Below are positions 25,056 to 38,493 of a stretch of 64,000 nucleotides of DNA, piece by piece; position 1 is the first letter of the stretch; the number at the start of each line of letters is the position of its first letter. The notes under the pieces are model-generated. The model did not search any database, was not told the DNA's origin, and saw only the letters and a program-made list of their open reading frames with translations. Origin of the DNA: Octopus bimaculoides (taxonomy: Eukaryota); NCBI RefSeq assembly GCF_001194135.2, contig NC_068987.1, positions 60,273,670 through 60,337,669 of the forward strand. The letters are read 5' to 3'. The position numbers and the translations under genes are program-made.

Positions 25056-25922
25056 CAGGGTGCAGTGAATAAACTGTCATCTAAATTACGCAAAAATGAA
25101 AATAACATTGACATCTCATTTTAACAGATATATTTACCAAAGTTACAAAAAATATCTTGAAAAACTAAGGAGTAAATTTTTTCAACAAAATTACCATTGG
25201 GTTCAAAACCATGGCCTCCAGATGACTTCGGAATCTCCTGCAACCCTTCCAGACGATATCCTTGTTTAAGTTGCCTTCAGTTCATCTTTGGTGTTACAAG
25301 GAGTTTTGTTTGTCTCTCACTCAACTGTGCCCCACACATAATAATGAAGGGTGTTGCAGTCTGGGAATTTAGGTTGCCAGATGTTAGGGGTGATATGATC
25401 ACAGAAATTGTCTGACAGCCATGATTGGGTTCTCCTGCTTGTGTGGCATGGTGCAGAGTCCTCTTACCAGACATAGGGTCTTCCAGCAGCCAACCTCGTG
25501 ACCCAGGGCAGCTCTACCTCCTCCAGGTACCTGATGTAGGCCTCTGTGTTGAGTCTGAGGCTGTATGGGAAGATGAATGGAGGCATAATGTTGCTATCAC
25601 TAGTGATCACTTCATACATCATAATGTTGACTTGATGTTTGATTTTATCACTCTCGGTACATGTCTTCAGTTTGCACTGTCCTCAGATTGACACCCAAGC
25701 ACTCTGAAATGCTCATATTGGAGCTTCTGGCATGCGTGCCAAGCAGTACATCATGTTGTTTCCAAATTTCTGACACAATGAATTGTGTCATGGTGCAGTT
25801 CTTCTCACAGACAGTGCCCAACTGATCCTACTATACTGTGTAGTTGACAAACCCAAAAACAAACAATGTGCATGTGCAAAATTAGAAATATAAAATGAAG
25901 ACAATTTATCCATCACACCCTG
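25056..25922 (-). mobile_element. Internally deleted Tc1/mariner element, maT-like (DD37D) transposase remnant
   Basis: TA|cagggtgcagtgaataaactgtc ... gacaatttatccatcacaccctg|TA imperfect TIRs. The minus strand reads ...GRPYVW*EDSAPCHTSRRTQSWLSDNF...WQPKFPDCNTLHYYVWG, with 37 residues between the second Asp and the expected third-Asp position. Confidence 0.85.
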
Positions 25923-26088
25923 TATGTATGCATATATATATTTATATAGATAAAGAGACAGACAGAGAGATAGAGAGATAGAGAGATAAATAGATAGATA
26001 TTTAATATCAGTCTAGTGGAATACTAAGCAAAGTACAATTATATGCTGCCAACTTAAAAACACTAATAAGCTAGCTTTGTCTACATAC

Positions 26089-26103
26089 CAGGAACTAATC
26101 GGC
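26089..26103 (-). CDS. Candidate 15-nt micro-exon
   Basis: catttaattttgtag|GCCGATTAGTTCCTG|gtatgtag. It is frame-preserving and its phase-2 reading is x-P-I-S-S-x. Confidence 0.35.
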
Positions 26104-26122
26104 CTACAAAATTAAATGTTCA

Positions 26123-26163
<41 letters not shown>

Positions 26164-27029
26164 GTGCTTGTATGTGAATGTGTGTGTGTGGGTATTTACA
26201 TGTCTGAGTGTGTTTAAAAAATACTTATGTACATACACATATATGTTTGTGTGAGTGTGTATTTTCAATACGGACATGCACAATCACGTATACATATATG
26301 TATAAAGCTCAAACACACATATACATTCTACCATATATATGTGTATATATATATATATATATACAGTATATATACATATTTACGTCTGAACTAACAAGTG
26401 TTTCTGTGTGTTTCTGTGAGATACAGTTTTAGTATCTTCTAATTTATAAAGAATTGATAAGGAATAATAAATTAACCAAGCTATCTAAGATTTGCATCCA
26501 TTCTTTGAGGATTTAAGAATTAGTTGTCTTTTCAAAATGAACCATATTAATGGAACTATTCAGCAAAGAGTAACGCAAATGTAAGTAACACTATATATTA
26601 TCTATGTACATCTATATATACCTATATCAGGGACGTGGGATCTTCAATCTGGTAGCCAAGTCGATTAATTTGATTTGATTATGTCAAATTTTGAATTTCA
26701 TGGATTATAAGCCATAACAAATACATATTTCTTCATAGCAGAATGCAAAATACTAAATATAATATTCTTAAAGGGATGCATACCAAGTTTCAATGTAATT
26801 AATTAATATCTTGAGGTTCCGCATTGACTATAAAGAGAACAGGGGTGTAAACTTCTCCCCAGTGCCACTGCAACGGTCATTGCATGTGAATGTACGTCGT
26901 ATGTGTGTGAAGTTTTCTGCTTTGTACCTTGACTTTAGGCCATTTTATTAAAATTAATGATCATGTTAAATTTAGTGTTGTTTACATTTAGCGATGACTC
27001 ATAAGCCAATAACGCATCATAACATTTAA

Positions 27030-27540
27030 TGCCCAATATTTGGTACTCTATGTGATCTTAGCAAGCAAGTTTTGCCAACTTACAAAGACATACTAAAATT
27101 TGTTTTATTTGAACAAGAAAAAGAAACGAATGTAGTTAAGAAAGATCCTTCAATTAAACAAATTGTCAAGAATGTAGCAGAAAAGATAATGCTTCTTTAG
27201 CAAAAGGCATTCATCCTTTGTGTTACCACTGAGTCAGTTAAACCGAAAATCATAAACTTTTAATCTAAAGTACCAAGCATTACTAAAATCTGTGAAAAAT
27301 AGAAAAAATGTGTCACCATTTCAAACAAAGGGTAATGTGTTTAAAAACAATGCAACAAAAGATTTATTTGACATTTCCTGCAACTCCTTTAAAAACTGTA
27401 GCTGTAGTAGAGACAAAAAACAGAGAGAACAAGATTTTTTTACAGGATCAACAGACAAATCGAAAAATGATCATTGGCAGAATAGATCAAGCAGTATCTA
27501 AACAGAACGTTCAGAGGTTGAATTGTATTATTTAGTTACA
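27030..27540 (+). mobile_element. Degenerate N-terminal region of an unclassified DNA-transposon-like protein
   Basis: Broken frames read CPIFGTLCDLSKQVLPTYKDIL, KDPSIKQIVKNVAEKI, DLFDISCNSFKNCSCSRDKK and FLQDQQTNRKMIIGRID. They match a motif series (CPIFG..LPTY, LFDI.sC.C, FL.DQRt.RKM.IG.iD) I recall from transposon-derived invertebrate proteins. Superfamily not assignable here. Confidence 0.55.
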
Positions 27541-28439
27541 TGGCATTATTTCGATTTTAAAACCAAAATGTGTCAAGAATTAAAAATTGGTTTATATATT
27601 ATCTTATTTTAATGTGTGTGTAATCTAGACTTCATGTTACACATGTACTCGGTGACCTAGCATTAAAAATAATAAAAAAAACAAAAGTCGTAAAGTCTAT
27701 TTATTTTACATAATTTTGAAATTTTGAGTGCGTTGCAGAGCCTGAAGATATAAATTTTNNNNNNNNNNNNNNNNNNNNNNNNNNNNNNNNNNNNNNNNNN
27801 NNNNNNNNNNNNNNNNNNNNNNNNNNNNNNNNNNNNNNNNNNNNNNNNNNNNNNNNNNNNNNNNNNNNNNNNNNNNNNNNNNNNNNNNNNNNNNNNNNNN
27901 NNNNNNNNNNNNNNNNNNNNNNNNNNNNNNNNNNNNNNNNNNNNNNNNNNNNNNNNNNNNNNNNNNNNNNNNNNNNNNNNNNNNNNNNNNNNNNNNNNNN
28001 NNNNNNNNNNNNNNNNNNNNNNNNNNNNNNNNNNNNNNNNNNNNNNNNNNNNNNNNNNNNNNNNNNNNNNNNNNNNNNNNNNNNNNNNNNNNNNNNNNNN
28101 NNNNNNNNNNNNNNNNNNNNTATATATATATATATATATATTTATATATACATATATATATATATCTCTGTGTGTGTCTTTGTGTATGTGTTTTTCCCCC
28201 ACCACTGCGTGACAACTGCTGCAGGTGTGTTTATGTCCTCCACAACTTAGCAGTTCAGCAAAAGAGACCAATAGAATAAGTAGCAGGTTTTAAAAAAATT
28301 AATAAATACTGGGGTTGATACATTCGACTAACAATTCTTCAAGACGGTGCCCCAGCATGGCCACAGTCTAATGTTTGAAATAAGTAAAAGATAAAAGAGA
28401 CATATGCACACACACACGCACACATGTACCATGTTATAA

Positions 28440-29773
28440 AAGCCAAAAATAAGTTATTGAGCAACTGATTAGCATGAGAATTAGCCCAGATGAGAAGCAA
28501 ATTGGTTTTGAGCCAAGAAGTGGTACTGATGCCATCTTCTTTGTGAGACAATTACTGAGACGCTAGAAGTACTAGACTAGAGAAGGTATTTAACAATATT
28601 CTATGTTCTGCAATCTTCTGGTCACTGACGTAGATATCTGTAGATGAATGGCTTATGAAGGCGATACTGTCATGTACAGGAATGCTGTCAGTATGTTAAG
28701 GGTCAGCCATAAGTACAGCAATGAATTTAACATGCATGTAGAGATCCACCAGAGTTCCATGCACAGTCTCCCATTCTATTTATTGTAGTTATGCAAGCCA
28801 TAACAGAGGAGTAAAGGCCAGCTGTCTGTGGGAAATCATATATGCTGATGATTTAATTCCCAGAAATGAACCTGTAGCAAAAACTCCAAGACCTGAGAAC
28901 AAAATCTAGAATTGACAGGCCTCAATGTAAACTTAGCAAAGGTTTAAGTATTTGTAGGTAAGAGAGAATGCATGACTCTGATTCCTTTAGAGAAAAGGCT
29001 GTGCTTCCTCTACAGAAAGGGAGTAGGTAGAAATCCCGTATTCCAGTGTGAAGTATGGATGCAAAAGAGATGTAGTGGAGTCACAGGTAAGCTAAGGGGA
29101 AAGTAATCTAGGATCACATGGAAGGTATATTCTCTTAAATTTCCAGCAAGTTCTAAGAAGTAATTAATAGCATTTGTTACCTTGGCAAGGCAACTAAATT
29201 AGCAGTGGACATGGATATTTTGAAAGTATAGAAAACAGAGTAAGAACAAGCTGGAAAAAGTTCTGGCTGTTATTACTCCTGCTGGTTATAAAAGTTTTCT
29301 CTCTCAGAGTGAAAGGTAGAATGTACAATGTTTGTGTATGAATTGTAATACAACATGCAAGTAAAATGATGTGGGTCGTGAATGCAGAGCTTATATAAAA
29401 ACTAGATAGATGTGCTGGATGTGTACTTTTGGTGTGCATGAATGATAGAGTACAAATGAACAAAGAGAAAAACTGAATATAAGAAGTTTCAAACGTGTAC
29501 ATTGGCTGATCGTGCTCAAGAAGATATGTCAAGCTAAGTGAAATTGTGGTCATGACTAGTGCTGGTGACTTGTAAAAGGCAACCATGCCAATGAAACAAA
29601 AAAAGCTACCCAGTTATACTCTGTAGAGTGGTTGGCATTAGGAAGGGCATCCACCTGTAGAAACCATGCCAATACAGATTGGATTGTGGTGCAGCTCTCC
29701 AGCTTACCAGCTCTAGTCAAACTATCTAACCCATGCTAGCATGGAAAACAGATGTTAAATGATAATGATGATG

Positions 29774-29775
<2 letters not shown>
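28440..29775 (+). mobile_element. Degenerate RTE-clade LINE (RT, C-terminus and 3' tail), 5'-truncated
   Basis: QIGFEPRSG, DAIFFVRQL, WEIIYADDLI (YADD), and WKKF.LLL.LL....SLRVKGRMY..CV, followed by the tail gtggttggcattaggaagggcatcc...aacccatgctagcatggaaaacagatgttaaatgat(gat)n. Confidence 0.85.
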
Positions 29776-29829
<54 letters not shown>

Positions 29830-29847
29830 GTATGTGCACACAGGAAA

Positions 29848-30052
29848 GGGTTCTGAAAAGTTCCTGGCTTTAAGGGTATCATGAAAGACCTGGTTGGAGG
29901 CCTAACCTTCTGAGTTCTTCTACAGGATTTAGAAAAACTGAAGGACCACTGCAATAAGTGTGTGAATCTGAAAGGAGAATATGTTGAATAAAATCATAAT
30001 TAACTGATCCTCCTGTATTTTCTTTTACCCAAAGCCAGGAAATTTTCAGCAC
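29848..30052 (+). mobile_element. Mariner-derived MITE
   Basis: TIRs ctgaaaagttcctggctttaagggta / tacccaaagccaggaaattttcag. The interior retains a mariner C-terminus-like LEKLKDHCNKCVNLKGEYVE*. Confidence 0.75.
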
Positions 30053-30502
30053 AGCATTATATGTATATATATATAGAGAGAGATATATAGATATATTTGC
30101 TTAATTTTATCTAACTATCCTCCCCTCATTCTATCATTCACTCTGTTCGGTTGATAGCATTTCTTATTTTTGTTTGTGTGCACTTATGCATGATTACACA
30201 TTTATAAAGATATACCATAACCGAAATATATTTGCTACCAATGAACTGAATAGATAAGTTATTAACTCACTGAAACATATGTATATAAAAACATTGAAAA
30301 TATCAATAATGTTTCCTGAATTTCTCATTATATAGCATAGTTCAGACTCTGCACTTTAATCTATCCTGTGATGTGATGATTGTATCTTTATCGCATAGGA
30401 GATAGGAGTTAGGGGTTTAATGTAGAAACTGCTTACTAAACCCTAAATTTACAGGTAATGTGTTGTGCATGATAGCATATTGTATAAACAGACACAAAGA
30501 CC

Positions 30503-30550
<48 letters not shown>

Positions 30551-31046
30551 TATACACACACATATACACACACATACACACATACTTTCTCACACACACA
30601 CACAAATGTGCATGCGCACACACACATACACATCCACAGGCACACACAAACATACACACACAAACAAATACACTCACACACACACATACACATGCACACA
30701 CACACATACACACACAAATGCACACGCACACACACACACACCATATATATACATTTATGTATCATTGTATAGTTTATCCTGTAAATACAGTTGAATGTTC
30801 AACTGCTACTTATGAATTTAGACCTCTGTGTATAGTACCGTCATGTATTCTGCTTCTAGTACAGTGATGTCGTTATTACCATACTTGGTAGTGTTACTGG
30901 TTATCATATACAGGAGAAATTATTATGATAAACATGTGTTTATAGAATTTGTTCCTTACATACATTTCACCATTGTGGTTGTTTGAAACCTACGTAGGAG
31001 CTCACTTAACCCTGCCTAACTGAGATTTGAAACCAAAGTTACATAC

Positions 31047-31184
31047 TTGTTGCTTGTCAGACGACTGTCTGATTCCATTGTGTTTTGGCTCCATGCTTGG
31101 GAGATTAATGAGAAACAGTGACCTTTGCTGATCATTGAAGGGTCAATCCCTTGTTTTAAGCTTGACCTACTTCCTGACCATACC
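31047..31184 (-). CDS. Candidate 138-nt internal coding exon
   Basis: gatttcgtttatatag|G...AA|gtatgt. Only the phase 2-to-2 frame is open: VWSGSRSSLKQGIDPSMISKGHCFSLISQAWSQNTMESDSRLTSN. No homology recognised. Confidence 0.5.
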
Positions 31185-31197
31185 CTATATAAACGAA

Positions 31198-31250
<53 letters not shown>

Positions 31251-31386
31251 CTACCTATCTATCTATCTATCTCTCATGCCTACCTTGGTTTAACCAGCTA
31301 ATAGAGAGCACACATCCCTATTTATGTCAACCAATAACCAAGAGCAATAGCACCGGCCAAACGGAAAGGAGCAACATAATCCTTAC

Positions 31387-31490
31387 TCTTTCTTCCTCTC
31401 CATCAGCACAGCTAATGCACTACCACCAGCAAGCCACCAAAATATCATTACTATTGTCAGTCACTAGTATGTATAGTCTACTAACCACGG
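31387..31490 (-). CDS. Candidate 104-nt exon containing a possible start codon
   Basis: caaatttattttccag|...GA|gtaagg. Upstream in-frame stops are followed by MIFWWLAGGSALAVLMERKK, ending in phase 2, which is compatible with 31184-31047 across a 202-nt intron. Confidence 0.4.
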
Positions 31491-32399
31491 CTGGAAAATA
31501 AATTTGTTAATATTATTCTTTTCTCCTTCGCTGTTGTTACTACACTGTTTCATCCTACCTTCAACTGTCGATATATGGTGACCCTTCACATCTTACCACT
31601 ACACTTAGTAACTCTGATGTACATGCACATCTTTCCATTATACCTATACAGGATGGGGTAGAGAAGACAGATGTATGTATATATGCATATGTATATATAT
31701 ATTATTTATATTATTATATGATTGCATGCCATGCTTCCATTTCTAAGTAAGTTTATCTTAATAATTTTGATACAACTCTCTGTACTGTTCTTCTTCTCTC
31801 CGTCCTCCTCGTTTCCTCTCTCTTCCTTTCTTTAATTCTTTTTATCTCTCTTTCTCCCCCTAACCCTAACGCCCTAGTGAAAATCGTAGTATATTTACAA
31901 AACATTGACGAACATGAGTTATATTTTAGTGAATGATTGTGTACTTGCACGTGTATGCGTTTGAGAGAGCGAGAGAGGAAGAGGTAAAGAGAGGGGGAGA
32001 AAGGAATAGAGAGAAAGAGAGGAAGGGAGAATGGAAGACAGTTATAATGTTGATGTGTGTATGTGTTTATGTGTATGTTGTTGTCACAGATCACGTATGT
32101 GTGGTTGTGTGTGTTTTTACGTTTCTATGTTATGAAAAATATGTTAGAGGTAGATGGATACAAGAAAACTATTAAATGGGAGAGAGGAAGAAGAAAGAAG
32201 ACCGTATGTATCACTTTCTCTCTCTCTCTCTCTCTCTCTCCCTCTCTCACTCTTACTCTCTATATTTTATGTTGAGCGCATGATATATATGTGTATAAGA
32301 ACGCCGTTACAGGTAGAAGGAAAGAAATATAAAAGTTGCTAGAAACAACAGCCAAATCTCCCTTAAATCACACAAAGTAAACGGAATTTTAAAAATCTA

Positions 32400-32537
32400 A
32401 TTACTGCACTGGAAAGTTCACATCGAGAAAATTTCATTGATGTAAAAAATTTTTACGAAAATGTGGAAAATGTGGATTTCTATAAACTTTTAAAAAGGCT
32501 TCACACAGACACACAACTTCAGCTTTATATATTAAGA
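32400..32537 (-). mobile_element. Helitron-like 5' terminal fragment
   Basis: The minus strand begins A|TCTTAATATATAAAGCTGAAGTTGTGTGTCTGTGTG, the TC-start plus TATATAAAGCTGAAG pattern I associate with non-autonomous Helitrons. No 3' hairpin or CTRR end was found. Confidence 0.45.
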
Positions 32538-32624
32538 TATATAAATTCAAATAAGTTATCAATATTGTTAAAAAAATAACGATAAAGTGGCCAGTAAACA
32601 TAACCCAAATATACAAAATATATC

Positions 32625-32968
32625 TTAAAAGTCAGTGTACACTGTGTACCTGTTTGCTTGAAAGAAGAGTTAAAACTCTCCAATACCACTCGTCTCACAC
32701 TATATGTAAACACACACAGTGAATGTAGCAAATACATTTAGAAAAAGAGTTGTCCTCATTTGTAAAACTACAAAGAAGAGGTTAGATATCCCAGTATCAA
32801 TTGATATCTAACCTTCACTTTATAGTTTTACAAATGGGGACAATCGTTTTTCTAAATGTATTTGCTACATTCTCCATGCATGTTTACATATAGTGAGAGA
32901 TCCATGGTTTTGGAGAGATTTAACTCTTCTTTTATGCAAACAGGTACATATTGCACCCTGACTTTTAA
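32625..32968. mobile_element. Foldback (palindromic) element, ~165-bp arms with a 12-bp loop
   Basis: 32625-32790 is approximately the reverse complement of 32803-32968 (roughly 80% identity by eye). Both ends are ttaaaagtcag/ctgacttttaa. Confidence 0.8.
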
Positions 32969-33078
32969 TACATATATATATATATATATATACTTATATA
33001 CATAAATGCATACATATACACACAAATGCATACATGCACACAGACACACACACATACATGCACAAACACACACACATA

Positions 33079-33131
<53 letters not shown>

Positions 33132-34689
33132 GTACTGTGATAAAAACTGCAATTAGCTCTAGAACAGTAGGTAGACAATAAAGAAATGAATCAAGGTAAA
33201 TGTAGATTCATCGTGGGCACTAATGTTATTTAATGGTGTTTTAATTACCAGCTGTTTCTAATTTAGAAAATGTTGTCTGTGTAAGAATATTATTACAGAT
33301 TAACAAGATCAGCGATCAAAGACAATTCACCCATGGCCTTTATGTCTATGTTTCAAACATAATATATTTAGAACTACGTTATTTAAGATGTAGAAGGAAA
33401 GTAGGATCTGAGGGAAAATTTGGTCACTGTTTCTATCATATTAGAGACTATTAAGAAGCTTTGTAAGTGCCGCATGTTAAACATTTTAGTTGGATAGTGA
33501 CAGTAAGTGGCTTCATGATGTTACGTCTATTTCATGAGTGTTGTTCAAATAAACAAATGGTTTTTGTGATATTTATGAAGTGGTTTCCACATTTCAATTT
33601 TAATAATCTCAGTTTCAAGCAAACTCCTCACACACTCACATACACACATACACACACATGTATATATACATATACATAAATACACAACACACATACACGC
33701 ATATAGATATGCATGTGTGCGTGTGTGTGTGTGTGTGCACTCACACACTAACAAAAAAGCTTCTTCCAAAAAGGTTAGTAACATCCTGATAAAAGATTTT
33801 ATAACTTTTTTTTCAATATTTTTTTTAAATCCCCTTTATACTAAAAGACTGTATTAAGTAATTTTCACAAAGATTTTCAAATCTCTCTCTCTCTCTCCCT
33901 AAATATATATATATATATATATATATATCATCATTGATGATATATATATATAGGAGAATTTATTTTTGAAAATGCACCAGAATTTGAAAAACAGTTGTTT
34001 TTAAATAGATTTATTTACATTCATACCAAACTAGTTTCAACAATTTTTTGTTTATCAATGGTACAAATGTATATAAAACGATGGGATATTAACATAGTTT
34101 AAAATTAAGTAGAAATCAAGCAAACATATTTAAGCAATCAAATGTTCACATAAAATTGAATGACAAGGATAGATAATATCAAAGTAAATGTTCAATGAAG
34201 AATACAATAAATGTACATTACTAAAAGTTCAATTATATTGAGTTTTTATAGAATACATTGACAAGAGAGAGAAAAGAAAAGAGAATAAAAAAAGCTGTTT
34301 TTACAGTTTCTGTCATACTTGTAGTTTTTTGTTTTTTTTGTATACTGGGTTTTTCGCTTTCAACTACGTTGATGACGATATTGATGACAATATTGATGAT
34401 GATGATGATGACGACAATGATAATGACATTGATGATAATGATGATGATGCATGTGTGTTTGTCCTCATCTTGTTTGTTGTTTACATGTTTTGGCTGATAT
34501 ACCCTCCAGCCTTCATCAGGTGTCTTGGAGAAATTTCAAACTTGCCCAAGGTGTCATGCAGTGAAGCCAAACCCATTATGCTCTCTATTACACTTTCACT
34601 ATGAAAGGTGGTGTCTATACTTACATATTCTCCATGCTCCATGTCAGTCACTGCTCTTATATGGATATCAGCAATAATGACTCAAGTTC

Positions 34690-34960
34690 TCCTTCTTGTA
34701 CTCCTCCAAATACATCAGCCCCCTTTATCACTCCCCTAATTTCTTGAACTACCAGCATCTCTTTAAGCATATTTCATCATGTTCTGAGAACATATAACCC
34801 ATTTCACCCCTTTCAGAAATCATTATATCTGATGACTTTAGCTACCCTGTAAAAAACAAGCCTTTTGCATTCATCAAATCTCTTCACTAAAATGTCTTAT
34901 CCCACTCACACATCCTAAACCAGTCACAGTCAAACTACAGCCTACATGACTTTCTGAATG
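34690..34960 (+). mobile_element. Possible very old LINE AP-endonuclease remnant
   Basis: Scattered motifs TPPN, EIIISDDFS and YPTH in the expected order; weak. Confidence 0.25.
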
Positions 34961-36422
34961 GAATCCCTAATATAAAATGACCTTGAATTTTTTTCAGGAG
35001 AATGGCTTGTTTGATGGTGAATTATGTCTCATGCAGCTCACTCCTTGAAAAAGGTTGCCCATACCTGTCCTAGACCATAGATGTGCTAAATACCCTAAAA
35101 CTCCAGGCATGGCTGAGTGGTAAGAAGCTGGGTTCAGTCCCTCTGCATGGCACCTTGGGAAAGTGTCTTCTACTATTGCTTTGGGTCAACCAAAGCTCTG
35201 TGAGTGGATTTGGTAGACGGAAACTGAAAGAAGCCTCTCATATATATGTGTATGTGCCTTTGTCTGTGTTTTCCCTCCACCACCACTTGATAATCAGTAT
35301 TGATGTAATTATGTCCCCACAACTTAGCAACTCAGCAAAACCGACCAATAGAATAAGTACCAGGCTTTACCAAAAAAAAATAAATAAATAAGTACTGGAG
35401 TGAATTCTTTCAACAGAAATTCTTCAATTCCCCAGCATGGCCACAGTTTAATGAGAGAAACAAGTAAAATATAAACAATGAGAGATAAACCTAATTGGTA
35501 CCAACCTATGACTGTCGTTATACCAATTAGGTTGTCCAACCACTCTCCTCATCAGTGTTACCCAACACACATCCACATAACAGAGACTGATTATCAAGTG
35601 GTGGTGGAGGGCAAACACAGACAAAGACACATACACATATACATGATGGGCTTCTTTCAGTTTCTGTCTACCAAATCCACTCATAAAGCTTTGGTTGGCC
35701 CAAGGCATTAGTAGAAGACACTTTCCCAAGGTGTCCTTTCTTCAACACTCCATGACACTCCAAGTCAGCTGACTCTTGGAAGCCCTACCAAGTGTAGGCC
35801 ACTTGCTCTTAGTGCTTTATGTGCTTCCCTCTTGTAACATCAGAAACAGCTTGGCTGTCCTTTTGAATAAAACCCTACATGTCCCACATAAAACAAAGAC
35901 TAAATTCACTAAGTCTCCCAAGTGGTTTGCTCATATTGTGTTGCTGGGGTTTGGCAAAAATATTTAGACTTACATCTGGAAAAATCTTCCTGTATTCTCT
36001 AAAACTGGACTATGTTGCTTATCCAGTAATGCAACTCCTGCAAGACCCCACTCCAAACTGCAAAAGAATTACTTTGTGCATTGTGCAGCCATCAAGCTGT
36101 TTCACCTTCCAAACAGCAGCTGATCCTTTTGATCTTTTGGCAAAAGAATATCCACAAATTTTGCAAACAAATTCCATCTGACTCATGCAAGCATAAAAGA
36201 AGTGGCTGTTAAAACAATCTTGATGTTGGTGATGATGATGACGATGATGATGATGACGATGACAGTGACGATGATGATGATGATGACGATGATGATGAAT
36301 ATGCACGTGTGTGAATGTGTGCATGTATATCTGCGTATGTGTGTGTTATTATGTAAATAAATACACACTCATACATCACATATAGCGCCATGTATACGTG
36401 TGTGTGTGTGTGTGTGTGCATG

Positions 36423-36480
<58 letters not shown>

Positions 36481-37278
36481 TATATTTCACACAAAAAAAA
36501 AGAAAGAATGAGATAGCAATCCAAAGAGGAAGCTGTTCACAGGAAAAACCTCCTACATGAAAGGATATGAAAGGAGAAAGGAGTGGGAAATAGAGCAACA
36601 GTGAGATATCAACAGCAACAACAACAACAACAACAACACTTCTATCAGTTACAACAGTAACAACAACATAACTCTATATATCAACACTTATCTATAGCTA
36701 CATCACCAGTTACAGAATCCACAAAAAGTGCTTATGCATGTCACTTAATTTGCTAGAAATGGCAGACAAATCTTTTACATCACACTTCCTGCCAAATGTA
36801 AGAAAGAAAAACATGTTGGATAACATAGTTCTGATACACAGAAATGACAGGATGGTCACAAATGGAATGGTTTTTGATCATAGATTTGTTTCATCAAGAG
36901 TGTTTTAGGAACTCAAAAAACAACTATAGCAACAATAGCATTCAATTCATTAATAATGGTTTCTATTATAGGTACAAGGCAAGCAATTTTGAGGGGTTGG
37001 GGGTGGGGGTTTTAGTCAATTACATCAACCCCCACTATCAGTAACTGATTGGAATTTTAATTTATTGAACCCAGGACCAGTACTTTATGGGGTGTAGCTA
37101 CATAAATGTGGCCCATTCCCCCATCAACTTTGTTTCCTCATAACCTTCAGAAAAATGGATAATTTTTCATGAAATTTTCTACAAATACCTTTCAGATGGA
37201 GTAGATTATAATTATAGTGGAATTTAAATTGAAAAATCAAATGGTAGGCAAGTGCACAAACATACAGACACACATCTC

Positions 37279-37345
<67 letters not shown>

Positions 37346-37364
37346 TACATATATATATACACCA

Positions 37365-37690
37365 TCATCATCGTTTAACATCTGCTTTCCATGCTAGCAT
37401 GAGTTGGATGATTTGACTGAGGACTGGTGAACCAGATGGCTACACCAGGCTCCAATCTTATTTGGCAGAGTTTCTACTGCTGGATGCCCTTCCTAATGCC
37501 ATCCACTCCGAGAGTGTAGTGGGTGCTTTTACGTGCCACCGGCATGAAGGCCAGTCAGGTGGTACTGGCAACGGCCACGCTCAAAATGGTGTATTTTACA
37601 TGCCACCTGCACAGGAGCCATTCCAGCGGCACTGGCAACGATGTTGCTCAAATGACTTTTCATGTGCCACCGGCACAAGTGTCAGGAATG
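37365..37690 (-). mobile_element. RTE-type LINE 3' UTR fragment
   Basis: Reverse complement of about 42480-42766. Confidence 0.8.
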
Positions 37691-38181
37691 CAACATACAT
37701 ACACACACAAAACTTAAAATTTTTAAAAAATGTGATGTTTATCAATATGTATGTGTGCACACCCACCAATTAAAAAAAAAGTTTTTACATTAACCTAAGA
37801 TATAATTGTAATCTAAACAATTTGAAAGATACTTGTAGAAAATCTCTTTAAAAAATACCCATTTTTACTGAAAGTTGGGAAGAAACAAAGTTATGGCAGG
37901 GAGCTAGGGGGCACATTTGTATAGGTCTGTATTGTAGGTCTATTGTAGGTCTGTGTAGGTCTATACTCTGTATTGTTCTGGATCTTGAGTCAATAAAATA
38001 AATGATAAAAGTGACTTAGGTGAGTTTTAAATTTAGGTAATAAAGAGCTCATATAAATACAAGTTGTTTGATTAGCATTAGATACAAGTACATCAGTTTT
38101 AGTAAGAACAACCATAACTGTAACAGCTAAAACTATAAATAATAAGAGCGTTGTAGTTCGCTTGAAGCATTGTAATATTGA

Positions 38182-38493
38182 AGAAGGTAAAAAAGAGAGA
38201 GAATAAGAAGCTTCTGACAATGCACAAAGTTCTATAAAGCCTTTATATTTCAGGTGCAAAGGCTCGTCTTCAGAAGTAAAACAGTCTGGGAAATGTCCAG
38301 TTATGCAAGTTCCATTGACTTGTGCTGCTGTTACATAGCGCTAGGTGATTTGAATGGGTTAATGGAACCTGCATAACTAGACATTTCCCAAACTTTTTCT
38401 TCTGAAGATGGGCTTTTGCACCTGAAATATAAAGGTTTTATAAATCTTTTCGAACTGTCAAAAGCTTTCTATTTTCTCTCTTTTTTACCTTCT
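38182..38493. mobile_element. Inverted duplication (~135-bp arms, ~44-bp spacer) with a degenerate hammerhead-like motif
   Basis: 38182-38316 is approximately the reverse complement of 38361-38493. On the + strand: ctt-CTGAAGA(38402-08)-tgggcttttgcacct-GAAA(38424-27)-TAT-A-aag. Stem II closure is poor. Confidence 0.55.

Noticed and set aside
36019-36324. FVCKICGYSF resembling a C2H2 zinc-finger start
   Set aside because: No His pair follows at the right spacing, and it is the antisense reading of a LINE-type 3' tail (aaattccatctgactcatgcaagcat...gatgat).
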